This document shows, one piece after another, positions 39,415 through 52,892 of a stretch of 64,000 nucleotides of DNA (position 1 is the first letter of the stretch; the number at the start of each line of letters is the position of its first letter). Under the pieces are notes generated by a model. That model made no database searches, was not told where the DNA came from, and worked only from the letters and a program-made list of their open reading frames with translations. Source of the stretch: Octopus sinensis (lineage: Eukaryota). The position numbers were made by a program, and so were the translations under genes. The DNA is taken from contig NC_043022.1 in the NCBI RefSeq assembly GCF_006345805.1, positions 22,568,001 through 22,632,000 on the forward strand, read 5' to 3'.

Positions 39415-39859
39415 GCTTTCCCCACTCTCGCCTCCCCAACCTCCGAACAACATCACAACACACCACCCACACACCAGCACTGCCCAATTCCCATCCCCAC
39501 ATTTTCACACCTACACATACACGCACTGGTCCAGACCACCAGCCCTCTTTCACACGCACATACATACTCTCTTATACACGCACGAACCTTCGTGTTGGGG
39601 GGGTCATCTTTACTTTGTTATCTCCCCTACTTCTTCCCTATCGTGTGTGATCCTTCTGTCTGGCAGTCGCCATGATAGATCGTTTGTCACTACACACATT
39701 TTTTTCACTCCTTATTTTTTCTGTGTCCCTTTCTGTAGAAGAGCGTAGGCTCGAAACATAAAAGACTTTTTCTATTCCTGAGCGTTATACTAATACATCT
39801 GTTTGTTTTGTACACTACCTGTCTTCGTCTTTTGTTTTTTTTTTCGTAAATTCTCCCAA

Positions 39860-39865
<6 letters not shown>
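39415..39865 (+). mobile_element. PLE 3' end: CA-rich UTR plus pseudo-LTR with a hammerhead-like motif at 39729-39764
   Basis: CTTT-CTGTAGA-A-GAGC gtag GCTC-GAAAC-ATA-AAAG; homologous to 31330-31470 (-) and more distantly to the 1477/7755 pLTRs. Confidence 0.7.
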
Positions 39866-39890
<25 letters not shown>

Positions 39891-39919
39891 GTAAAAGTAA
39901 AAAAATACAAACTGGGACA

Positions 39920-39957
<38 letters not shown>

Positions 39958-39977
39958 CATTGTTTGTGCGTTTGTAC

Positions 39978-40821
39978 TTTTCTATTCTAGACACAGGCCC
40001 GAAATTTTGGGAGAAGGGGCCAATCGATTAGATCGACCCCAGTACGCAACTGGTAATTAATTTATCGACCCCGAAAGGATGAAAGATAAAATCAACCTCG
40101 GCGGAATTTGAACTCTGAACGTAAAGACAGTCGAAATACTGCTAAGCATTTCGCCCGGCGTGCTAACGTTTCTTATTTCTTCATTGCCCACAAGGGGCTA
40201 AACACAGAGAGAACAAACAAGGACAGACAAACGGATTAAATCGATTATATCGACCCCAGTGCGTTACTGGTACTTAATTTAACGACCCCGATAGGATGAA
40301 AGGCAAAGTTGACCTCGGCGGAATTTGAACTCGGAACGTAGCGGCAGACGAAATACCGCTAAGCATTTCGCCCGGCGTGCTAACGTTTCTGCCAGCTTGC
40401 CGCCTTGAGTGTGCTATTATATATTGCTTTCTACACTAGGCACAAGGTCCAAAATTTTGCGGGAGAGGGTCAATCGATCAGATCGACTCCAGTACACAAC
40501 TGGTACTTAATTTATCTACCCTGAAAGGATGAAAAGCAAAATCGACCTTAGCGAAATTTGAACTCAGAACGTAAAGACAGACGAAATACCTATTTCTTTA
40601 CTACCCACAAAGAGCTAAACACAGAGAGGGCAAACAAAGACAGACAAACGGATTAAGTCGATTATATCGACCCCAGTGCGTAACTGGTACTTATTTAATT
40701 GACCCCGAAAGGATGAAAGGCAAAATCAACCTCGGCGGAATTTGAACTCAGAACGTAGCGGCAGACGAAATACTGCTAAGCATTTCGCCCGGCGTGCTAA
40801 CGTTTCTGCCAGCTCGCCGCC
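39978..40821 (-). mobile_element. Two adjacent SINE-A dimers
   Basis: Complete heads end near 40404 and 40821; internal junctions at 40172/73 and 40590/91. Confidence 0.88.
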
Positions 40822-41060
40822 TTATTATTCTAAGTAATATAACAGATTCTCAATGGCGCTTCATCGTCTTCAACCACTCATTATCCCCGTGTTGTTAATT
40901 ATGTTGATTGTGAGATGGTTATTATGCTGTATAATGGTGTCGTTGAGATTTATGGCTTCGGGAATCTGGAGGAGTGAGGTTAGAGCTGTTAATTTTGCGG
41001 GGAAAGCATCAAATGTTCTGTTTTATCGGTGACCTTCGAAGAATTACCATCTGATTAGTG

Positions 41061-41139
<79 letters not shown>

Positions 41140-41426
41140 GGTAGAAGAATTGCATTCGGCTTCAGTATAAGATGCGTGTGTGTGTGTGTGTGCTTCTGCG
41201 TATATATGTTCGTGTAAGTATGCATGCTGGTTTGTATGTGTGTGTGTGTGAAATAGTCGGTCTGTCGCCGACTAGCCCTGAAGTAGGTGTTTTTCGTTGG
41301 ACACTCTACAAGACGAGAAACAAAGTCTCTCTCTCTCTCTTTCTCTCTCTGTCTTTCTCTCTCTCTATCTCCATTTCTCTCTCTCTATCTCCATTTCTCT
41401 CTCTCTCTTTGTGTGTGTGTGCGCGT

Positions 41427-41556
41427 ATGAAATAATCCAGGGATACAGGCATCCAGCAACAGGACCTCCGTAATGCTATGATGGACCGTGAAGTCTGGCG
41501 TAGCATAGTAAATTCCATTGTCTCGACCACGGTCGAACTATGATGATGATGATAAT
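41427..41556 (+). mobile_element. RTE-like LINE extreme 3' end
   Basis: ISRDTGIQQQDLRNAMMDREVWRSIV followed by a (TGA)n tail. Confidence 0.65.
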
Positions 41557-43016
41557 GAAATTATCAGTCCACCGGCAACTAAATCGGCAACCCTACCAAG
41601 CCTTTTTACTAAAGAAGATGGTTTTCGTTGGACACCCTGCAAGACGAAACACAAACCTTGTCAAAGGACTAATAAAACTCAGACAAATGAACGGTCATCC
41701 AACAGCTGGGAGTCTTTGCTTAGACATCTTTTTAGGAGAACCGAATTCCATAATGACGCCCACCTCATTGCAAAACTGGACATCTTGTTCTTCCTTCTTA
41801 GGCTACTTAGCTTTCTTGTTTATTCTTATTGCTTGCCTCAGTCAATTTGATTCCGGGCATGCTGGAGCACCGCCTTTTAGTCGAAGAAATCGACACCAGG
41901 ACTTATTCTTTGTAAGCCTGGTACTTATTCTATCGGTTACCTTTTACTGAGCCGTTGTTTTAATGGCATATACCATTTCGCTAGCAACAATTTTCGCTAG
42001 CGAAAATTTTCGTTATGCTGTCTCTCTTCTTTCCCCTCTTTGTGGGGTTAATAATCTTAATCTTTTGTTACAGTTTCTCATTTTCTCATTCAAACTACAT
42101 AATACGCAGAATTGTCGGATTAAGACAGTAGGGTGCTTTGAAGGAGATTTTTATGCTATTTTTACCAGGTCTAGTTACCATGTAGAGGTCTGAATTTAAT
42201 TTTCATTCACATATTTACATTTCAAAAATTTAACATAATCTTTTCCATAAATGAATTATCGTAAAAGTACGCACACACGTTCATTTCATATATCTTCTTT
42301 CAGTTTCTGCTCTCTGCAAATAAAATTTTTACGGACACAACTGCTTACAAAAATAGGGATTAATGTATAATTTCTTTCTATGTTCATAATTAAATCAATG
42401 TTTTAATGATTAGACAGAGGTCCAATAGAATAACTCTCGGAAACAGACAACGTACAAATTGGTTCTTCACAACTCCTGAAGCTGTTTTCTGATGGGAAGG
42501 GAGTCAGGAAATTTTCATACAGCTGGAGGCTCCAATCGAAACAGGGCACTCGAAATGATAAGGTCGAGAGACGCTGTTATAGATTATGCCTAATCACAGC
42601 TAATCATCGAAACAGACCGGGTGAAACCGGGCTTAGCTGCTAGTATTATACAAATGGCAAGAGAACAAGAAATTATGTAATGAACTTCATCGGCTTTCAG
42701 CGGTTTCTGCTATAAGACACAATGCACTTACAGTTGAGTGCTTGTGTATCACTTTATAGCGTCGTCAGAGTTTCAAAATTGAAACGTTTATATATATGAA
42801 AAGCATCACCAAAATTTTGTATTGAGTTTGATAGAAAAAAGACCACTCTCGGAAATGCGTAGTTTTACATAATTTTATATATATATATATGTATGCATGT
42901 ATGTATATGTATATATGTGTATATAGATGGACATGTGATGAAACCCTGTAGAAATAACTACTTATACACATACAGAATATTTGACAGAATATGTATGTAT
43001 TCCATATAGATGGAAT

Positions 43017-43081
<65 letters not shown>

Positions 43082-43367
43082 CATATATAGTCAGGTACAT
43101 ATATGCGCATGTGTATGTTTATGTGTATATGGGTGTGTGCGTGCCAGGGAGTTGTGTGTGTGCTTGTGTGTGAGTGCTTGTGTGTGAGTGCGCGCGCGCG
43201 TATTGTAGCGAGTCAGAAAGACGCAGTCAAGTGTAAAAAGCGAATTTCACACTTGGCTAACGACTCGTTGACAATATATTGCGGTGTATCACATACAAAC
43301 ACACAAACATACACACACACCCACACACACATATTATATAAACATATGTATATGTGTGTGTGTATAT

Positions 43368-43399
<32 letters not shown>

Positions 43400-43974
43400 T
43401 TGTGTACTTATCATAACCACCCACACACTCGCTATGTACACATGCATTAGTAAGTTTAGCGCTACATTAGTGCTACATTAGTGCTTCATTAGTGTTGCCT
43501 AAGTGGCATTTAAGTGTTACATGTGTGTAATACTTTTGTCACATACAAAAGTACTTTGTGTGTGACATACACATACAAGTAGGCACATACGCATACATGC
43601 TTGCATAAGTGCACACAGACATATACGTATATCTATCCACATAGACGTACATTCACGTACATAGATACATACATACAAATATATATACACACATATACGC
43701 ACGCATACATACACACATACATACACACATACACACAAGCATGTATACATACACACATACATACATACATGCATACACACATACATATATACATACATAC
43801 ACACATACATGCATGCATGCATGCATGCATACATACATACATACATACATACATACATACATACTTGCACGCATACATACATACATGCATGCATGCATAC
43901 ATACACACAAGAATCCATACATATACACACATACATATATGCATGCATACATAATACATACATATATACATAAT

Positions 43975-44590
43975 ACAATTTCTGGGAAAGGGGTTAGTCG
44001 ATTACAGTGCTCAGCTGGTATATATTTTATCGACCCTGAGAGGAAAAAAGACAAAATCAACCTCGGCAGAAATTGAACTTAGAACGTAAATACGAACGAA
44101 ATGTCGCTAAGTATTTTTCCCGACGTGATAACGATTCTGCCAGTTTGCCGCCTTAATATTTGTAAGTATTGGTTCAAATTTGGGCACAAGGCCAGCAATT
44201 TCTATTAAGTGGGTAAGTCGATTACATCGACCCCAGTGCTCAACTGGTATATACTTTACCGACCCCGACAGTATAAAAGAGAGAATCAACCTCGTCAGAA
44301 ATTGAACTAAAAAACGTTAATACGGACGAATTGCCGCTAAGCATTTTGCCCGGCGTGTTAACCATTCTCCCAACTCGCCGCCTTAATATTAGTAAATATT
44401 GGTTTCAAATTTTGGCACGAGGGCAGTAATACTGGGAAGGGACCAGTCGATTACATCGGCCCCAGTGCTAATATGGCACGTATATTTTATCAATCCCGAA
44501 AGGATAAATGGCAAAGTCGACCTTGGCGGAATTTGAAAATTGCTAAGCATTTTACCAGGCGTGCTAACGATTTTGCCAATTCGAGGCCTT
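43975..44590 (-). mobile_element. Cluster of diverged SINE-A monomers (tail-2 type)
   Basis: Three repeats of head plus core. Confidence 0.8.
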
Positions 44591-44604
44591 AAATACGATG
44601 CATA

Positions 44605-44772
44605 CAAGGCCGGCCCAAGGGTTGCTGGCGCCCCAGGCAAGCTGAACTTCGGCACCCTTACAAGTATAATTTTCTAAAACTTCCACAAGTAGAAAAAGTG
44701 AAAATGTAGATTTAAAAAGCACACGGCGCCCTGGGGGACTGCCCGCGTTGCCGATACCTTGAGCCGGCCCTG
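44605..44772. mobile_element. hAT-type MITE
   Basis: TIR CAAGGCCGGCCCAAGG / CCTTGAGCCGGCCCTG; 8-bp TSD GATGCATA/GATACATA. Confidence 0.75.
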
Positions 44773-46680
44773 GATACATAATAATGACCAAGGACCCTGA
44801 GTCCTCTGTCCAACTGATAAATATTTAACCAGTTCTTATACTAGCACTTTCATGCCATATCGAGCGCGTTCGGACTCCATTGGCCATATTTATTTATGCT
44901 TCCTTGTCTTCTACTATCTCTGCAACTGTTATTTTTTAAAGACTTATTTCCCCAAATATCTGCTGCACATATGGCCGACAAGGTCTGCCTCTGTGTTTTC
45001 GCGTAATAATAGCTGACGTACGATTTCATTATTATTTGGTCACCAACAGTGTCCTACAAACTTATGTCTGCAAGTCTGCATTATTTTGAGGTTTCTATAA
45101 ATAACAGTAAGCTTCCATATAATACACCGTTCTTTAAATGATATATGTATACATACATATACTGTGTATAAATAAATAAACACACACACACACACACACA
45201 CTCACACACATACACACACACACACATATATATATATAGATATATATAAAGTGAAGGCGCATGGCTCAGTGGTTAGAGCGTCGAGCTTACGATCGTGAGT
45301 TTGTGAGTTCGAATCCCGGACCGGGCTGCGTGTTGAGATCCGAATCAGTGAAAGACCTGCCCGCCTGATGCTCTAACGATTGAGCGAGTTCACCACTCTA
45401 AACTGGCTCTTTATCAACTCTCATCGAAAGATAAAAAGTAAAGTTGTCCTTGGGAGTCATTTGAACCCCGACCGTAAGATAGCTAGGATTAATACGGCAT
45501 GGAAGTTCGTCCGGTGCTCTAATTCGTCACCGATATTTGTGTCTGCATTTGACTGTATAATCATGCGTACATATGTGTAGGACGTAAGTATCGATTATTC
45601 GGCATCAGCTGATGTAAATATAACACGTGTTACAGTTGATAGCAGGTCGATCTTCCAGCCAAAAGTTCGTCAGTTCGCATTTCAACAGTGCAGACATCAT
45701 TTGAATTATCGCTACAAAACGCTATTTTCCAGCATATAGGACCCACAGAGTACGGTTTAAATACGCCTCACGTTAAGGCTGCTGTTCGTTCTTTACTTCG
45801 TTGTAAATATTGAGTTGTCAGATAATTTCGTTCGTTTTGTTTTTTGTTTGTTTTTTTCCCATTCTTGAGCAAAGCACTTCGTCTCGCATTGCTCTGTGAT
45901 CACTTCGACACAAGTTGCCTTTCATCCTTTCGGGGTCGATTAAATAAGTACCAGTCACTAATCCGTCTTAAATAAGTACCAGTCACTTAATCCGTTTGTC
46001 TGTCCTTGTTTGTCCTCTGTGTTTAACCACACAGCCACTCCTGCGCCTTTTTTTTTATTATTTAAGAAGAGGACCTCCAAATAGTCACTAGTAACGGGTC
46101 CCTTCTTGTCTCAGCGTGACCGATGTACTCTGAAGCAGACCTACCTCAAAGACATTCCAGCCGCGACCAGCCCAATGTATTTTTGGCATACCTACACATG
46201 TGTGCCCCCACTCCAACTATGTTCCTTGATAACTTCCAGAAAAATATATATTTTTTAATGAAAATTTTTCACAAATATACTTCAGATAATGCAGATACCA
46301 ATTATATTGGAATTCGTTGATGAAAAATGTTTCTTTAGCCGAGGCTGGGAGATGCCCCTCCCCCCACCCCTGACCCTAACCCTAACCCTAAAACAGATTG
46401 AAATGCAATAGATTGATACTAGGGTCAAAATTATGGGTGACAATTTCATATGACACCGCTAGAAAAAACTGCCGTTCAAACCGAAAAGATCCCAAATGCC
46501 TTTCAGATGTCATACACTACAGTTATATCGGAATTTGGCATGAAAAAAAAAAAAAAAAAATTGCGGGCTCGCACATATACTGACATGCATTAGAATTTTT
46601 TTCCGAAATCAAGGCAGCGAGTTGACAGAAACGTTAGCACGCCGAGCGAAATGCATTGTGGTATATCGTACGTCTGTTAC

Positions 46681-48830
46681 TGAAAATTTATTGTTGGAGT
46701 GTGTTCATAAGTTTCTATTAACTGTTATATTTCTTGTTGTGCCTATTGTTGGACTTATTGTTGAAAAAATTGTAGTATAGTTTTCTTTCGAAAGCTATCT
46801 GTGGTTTTTCCCTGTGGGGGAAAATATTAATTGCCGGCAAGATGCCGAAAAGTTCGTGTTCTTCGTCGGGAGACGAAGCATTAATTGAAAGAGAAGCCAA
46901 GAAAATAGAAAGCTTAATTTTTGACGTTTCTGATGTGTCGGAAAGCGAATTTCCAACATTACCAAGAGTTACGAACACCAATAGGAAGACAGAAAAAAGG
47001 ACCATCCAAAATGAAGAAAGCAAAAGTTTTGCGTCAGCGGCTGGTGGTGGAACGCGGCAGCTGTCAACCGACATAAAAGAATATTTAAAATATAAAGATA
47101 TGATAAAAGAACGAGATGGAATGGTAAAAGTGGAAATACCAGAAGAATTAACGGAGGAAAAAAAAAAAATTTATTATTTTTAAAACATTTTGCTTAAAAG
47201 CACGTAAAATTGATAAAATATGTGAACAAAAAATTGAAAAATGTCTAAAACCCATCTGGCAGGACATTACATATCTAGCCAGAGGGAAGAAGCTTGGAAC
47301 CATCGTGGTGAGGTTCAAGAATGCAGAAACGGCACAAAAACACTCTATAAAATCTTTAGAGTCGGAAGACACTCTGTTAATCTCAATTTACATGGGAATG
47401 AGAACATCAAAAGTGAGAATACCTAGAAATCCACCCGGAGTAAACCCTATGTGCTTGACGGCGGCGGTCCTGGCAAACAGGGAAGATAGTATTAACCTCC
47501 AGCAGAGAAGAACTGGACAGAGGTATTGAGCAGGGTGGCTGCAATAGTCAAGACCTGGTCTTGGCGGTGGCTATCCCTGAAATGTGTTTATCGCATCGGT
47601 CATTACCTACCGCCTGACCGTCGTGCCCTGTCCGGATTCGTGGTTGATCAGGTTGGAGAGACAGCTCTTTCGCTTTTTGTGAAGCGCTCTGTCTGCTGTC
47701 AAAACCCTTTAAAGAGAGGTTTACGGATGCCTTGGTTAATGATGCGCAGACATGCTTTGAGGTTGAGGCACCTCTGGATTCTCCTGGAGAGTGAACGGGT
47801 GTGGTCTCCGCTAGCCAGACAAATGTTCCCCGAGTTCAAAAGTTTTTGCGAACTGGAAGCCTAGTGTTCTCGTAGACCGAGGTCGAGTGAGTGATATAAA
47901 GAGTGCCGTAAGGCCCTCTTGCTATTCCGGCGCTCGGGCAACGCCAGCGGTGGGGGGTTCCACGCGGATTTTATATAGTGGATTGGTAGAGTCTGAATGC
48001 GACGATGGCCTGGGGTCGACTCTAGGTCTCGGATTTATTCAACTGGACAGCCTGTTTCATTGTACATTCGGGTTGAGAACGTTGGACAACTTCCAAAAGT
48101 CCTTAATCTGGCAATGCTACAGAGATTCCTTGCCCGTTTGGGATAAGCTCGCAAGACATGGTAAACGTCAGTCGCTGACCTGTCCAAGATGCGGGGGGGG
48201 GGGGGGCAGGGAAACCGTCCCTCACGCTATTGTTCAGTGTCCGGAGATAACTGAAATGTGGGCTTATGCTGAACACCTGTTGTCCGGCGAAGGAAGAGTA
48301 CAGCTGTCGACTGAGTCAATTATAAAAATTGACCCACCAGGAGTTTTAACGAACGAAGGTAAGAATTGTTTTCTCACGGTTGTAGCAATAGCGAAAGAGG
48401 CAGTATGGAAGATTAGGATAAAAGGAATTAAGACAGGCAACTTTATCTCTGGTCACAATTTACGATCATTTTTTTTCTTTCCATTTGAAAAGGAAGCTGT
48501 GGCTGGAGAAGAGGTGTCTGTCGGAGTATAGTTCCGAAAGAGATGGAAGCATGTTGCACGAGTGTTGTTCGTGCAAGAAACCGTGTGAATAGACCGGAAA
48601 AAAAAAAGAAAAAAAAGGTACCAGCAGTAGATCGGGGCTTGTGGGGTCGGAGCGTGGCCTGATCATCGCTTCATTTGTATTGTCTTTGTATTGTTAATTC
48701 CATTCGATTTTTTATATATTGTATGTAAAGTTTTAAAGTCACATTATATGTAAAATCATATCGCATCACTGATTCCATCAGCTGTTCTGTCCATTTCTAT
48801 GTTTGGCCCCCGGTGGGCAATAATGAAATT
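46681..48830 (+). mobile_element. Internally deleted Tx1/L1-clade LINE (ORF1 5' part fused to ORF2 3' part) inserted in a SINE-A head
   Basis: ORF1-like from ATG 46842 (..VRFKNAETAQK..SKVRI..P..); ORF2 post-RT motifs NWTEVLSRV..KTWSWRWLSLK, CQNPLKRGL and the zinc finger CPRC..ETVPHAIVQC; 3' UTR ends GGTGGGCAATAATGAAATT. Confidence 0.85.
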
Positions 48831-49205
48831 GGTATTTCGTCTGCCGTTACGTTCTGAGTTCAAATTCCACCGAGGTCGACTTTGCCTTTCATCCTTTCGG
48901 AGTCGATAAATTAAGTACCAGTTACGCACTGGGGTCGATATAATCAACTTAATTGCTTTGTCTGTCCCCTCTATGTTTAGCTCCTTGTGTGGAATAAAGA
49001 AATAAGAAACGTTAGTACGCCGAGCGAAATGCTTAGCGGTGTTTCGTCTGACGCTACGTTCTGAGTTCAAATTCCGCCGAGGTCAACTTTGCCTTTCATC
49101 CTTTCGGGGTCGATTATATAAGTACCAGTTACGCACTGGGGTCGATGTAATCGACTGGCTCACTCCCCCCAAATTTCGGGCCTTATACCTACAGCAGAAA
49201 AGAAA
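48831..49205 (+). mobile_element. Remainder of the host SINE-A dimer (its head is at 46613-46680)
   Basis: SINE resumes at GGTATTTCGTCTG; the whole unit is flanked by TSD AGAATTTTT(TT)CCGAAATC at 46592-46610 and 49206-49222. Confidence 0.85.
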
Positions 49206-50063
49206 AGAATTTTTCCGAAATCTCCAAATTCCTTTTGTGATGTGTGTCGGTATGTATGGGTACGAACCAAGGTGTTTTTCTTTCTTTTCTTTTTTTTTTT
49301 TCATATTGAATTCTGATACAATCGTAATATACACGATTATGTCGGAAAGGTATTTTTTGAAAGGTATTTTTTGAAAGGTATCTGAAAAGTATTCATTGAA
49401 AATTTTTGTGGAAGGGCAGGTCGCCACTTGTGAAACGCTCTGTCTGCTGTCAAAAGCCTTTAAAGGGAGGTTTAGGGATGCCTTGGTTAATGATGCGCAG
49501 ACATGCGTTGAGGTTGAGGCACCTCTGGGTTCTCCTGGATAGTGAACGGGTGTTCACTATCAAATTGACATTCCGAAAAATATCAATTTTTCGGAAAGTT
49601 ATAAGGAAACACCGAAACTCCTTTCCCTTTCCTCGGACATAATCAGAATCTACCTATGAAGTATAACTGTAGAAAATTTCATTAAAAAATATCTTTTTTT
49701 AATGAAATATTTGTTTAACATTTTTGGGAAAAACATGACGTAACAAAGTCAACTCGAGTGATTTTCCGAAATGCTTCACCCCACCTTTCGAAACCATTTT
49801 TGCAACAAATTCCGATATGATCGGAATCCACATCATCTGAAGCGTATTTGTGGAAAATTTCATAAAGGAAATATCCATTTTTCTGGAAGTTATGAGGAAA
49901 TACAATCGGTGGTGGCATACACGTGTAGGTATGCCGTATTTTGGTCTGCTTGTAAATGTATGTATGTATGTATGTATGTATGTATATAGAATGTGTGTAG
50001 GAGTAAAAATTCGATGTCATCTGGTGTGTAGGACGGTGTATATATTTATATTTGCAGAAGCAT

Positions 50064-50165
<102 letters not shown>

Positions 50166-50890
50166 ATGAATATAAATAAAATATATATGCATATATACTC
50201 ACGTATATGTACATACTTACATATATATGTATATACATATGCATATGTGTGCACGCACACGCACACAGAAACAGATGTAGCAGTGTATATGTATGTATGC
50301 ATGTGTGTATGTATGTATGTATGCATGTGTGAGTATACTTGCATGCATGCGTGTACGTGTGTATATGTACGTATGTGTCAATTAAAAATGACAGCAGGCA
50401 GCAGGTTGTTCTTATGTACAGAATAATAATAAAACTGCTTTGATGTTGTTCGCGCGCGCGGTTGTGTATGTGTGTGTGTGTGTATACACATGATGAAGTG
50501 ACCACATTCACACGTACGATATTGAGTATTTTCTACAACTGTTCAGTAATCTGCGTCTTGGCTGATACTGTACTATTATTGTGGGCTGGTGAATTACATA
50601 TGGAACACAATTTCGCTAGTAAAAAGAAAGAAAATAACTTCCAACTTATTTTTAGCTTTTTTCTTTGTCAATTTGTCTGTCTGCCGTCTATCCATCTCAT
50701 AATCTCATACATAACATCTCTCGTTCTGTGTGTGTGTGTGCGTGGATATACACAATGCAAACAGATATACACAGGCAAACAGAATTTTCATTTATTATCC
50801 ATTTATCGATCTCTAACTTATTTCAACATTTCTTTTTATGTATCTCTATCTACACACACACAAACATCTATCTATCTATCTATCTATCTA

Positions 50891-50947
<57 letters not shown>

Positions 50948-51343
50948 TATATTCCCATTTGTATAATTAATAAATAATGTGAAAATGTAATATCCTTAAG
51001 TTGATGATCGAAATGAATTTGTTTCTCCATTTTCTTATTTGTATTGTGAATTTATGGTAAAATATTTTTAACCTTCACGCATTCAATACAATAAATGAAT
51101 TAATTGCATTGTAATTAAAAGCATTTATGTATTTAGTATTTGGGTACTTCACCAGCAGTATATTGGATAACTGATATCCCATAGTGGGTTACTTTCATAA
51201 CCCCTATGAAAAGTTTCTGGTTTTGGGTGAAAGAAAATACAGAGATCAGTTAATTTATGATTTTATTGGACATATATATATACACATATGTATATATACA
51301 CACATAAATACATACATATATATATATATATATATACACACAC

Positions 51344-51377
<34 letters not shown>

Positions 51378-51798
51378 AAACCGTTTATTATGATCGCTTT
51401 GGAATGGAATCTTTAGATAGTAATAACAGGCCTGATAACATTAAACAGACGATAAATAAAGTTATCTCCATTAATTTTGATAACAATAACCGTTTGATAA
51501 TATTACCTGTGACATTACATGTGCGTGCGTGTTGAGGTTTACTACATATGCTACACCGGTTTTTAGACCGGTAGACCGGTGTTGCTGCTTTGTTGCGTCC
51601 TTTTAATTTCCAGCGGTTAGGTAAAAGCAGATCGATAGATCGAATATTTGACAGTAATCAGTACCGGAGTTGATATGATCAACTAAAAGCTTGAAGATGG
51701 TGTCCTAGCATGGCCACAGCAAAAGAAAGCGAGAAAACAAATAAAAGGATGTATGTATGGATGAATGGATGGATAGATGGACAGATAGTTTGTATGTT

Positions 51799-51836
<38 letters not shown>

Positions 51837-52169
51837 TATAAATGTATGTACCTATATGTATGTATAAATATGCGTATGCTACGTATATATATATGTATAT
51901 GTTTGTGTGTCTGTATGTTATATATCTGTGTGTGTGTGTGTGTGTGTCTATGTGTTTGTGTAATGTCTACTATTTATCTTTCACTATATCTATCGGGCAA
52001 AATGCTTAGTTGCATTTCGTCTGTCTACATTTTGAGTTCATACTCCGCCGAGGTCCTCTTTGCCATTCATCTTTTCGGACGTACACTGGAGTTGATCTAA
52101 TCGACTGACCCCACTCCCTCAAAATCACAGGTCTTGTGCTAAAATTTCAAACCATTATATTTAGTCTGA

Positions 52170-52710
52170 AGCGGGTCGAGCTGGTAGAAACGTTAGCACG
52201 CCGGGCGAAATGCTTAGCGGTATTTCGTCTGTCGTTATGTTCTGAGTTCAAATTCCGCCGAGGTCGACTTTGCCTTACATCCTTTCAGGGTCGATTAAAT
52301 AAGTACCAGTTACGCACTAGGGTCGATATAATCGACTTAATCCGTTTGTCCTCTCTGTGTTTAGCCCCTTGTGGGTAGTAAAGAAATAGGTATTTCGTCT
52401 GCCGCTACGTTCTGAGTTCAAATTCCGCCGAGGTCCACTTTGCCTTTCATCCCTTCGGGGTCGATATAATCGACTTAATCCGTTTGTCTGTCCTTGTTTG
52501 TCCTCTCTGTGTTTAGCCCCTTGTGGGCAATAAAGAAATAGGTATTTCGTCTGCCGCTATGTTCTGAGTTCAAATTCCGCCGCGGTCGATTTTGCCTTTT
52601 GCCCTTTCGGGTGCGATAAAATACGTACCAGTTGAACATTGGGATCGATTCAATCGATTTACCCACTTTCCTGACAGAGCTGGTCTTGTACCAGAGATTT
52701 GAAACCAATT
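52170..52710 (+). mobile_element. SINE family A trimeric array
   Basis: Junctions at 52388/89 and 52540/41. Confidence 0.88.
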
Positions 52711-52848
52711 CATCTATCGATCTGTTCATCTATCTAGTTATCTGTCTATCTATCTTTCTATTTGTGTGTCTTTCTGTATCACCCTGTCTCAAGCTGTCTT
52801 TCTCCTTATGTCTGTCGATCAGATGTGAAGGAGAATGAGGAGTGGGAT

Positions 52849-52892
<44 letters not shown>

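Larger units (their letters stand above)
46186..49935. mobile_element. Old element with diverged ~150-bp inverted ends, host of nested insertions
   Basis: 46186-46330 is a diverged reverse complement of about 49790-49935; contains an M1 fragment (46355-46492), SINE-A and the LINE. Confidence 0.55.

Noticed and set aside
45256-45335. tRNA gene
   Set aside because: A and B boxes are present but there is no acceptor stem; it matches SINE heads at 38530-38610 and 57640-57708.
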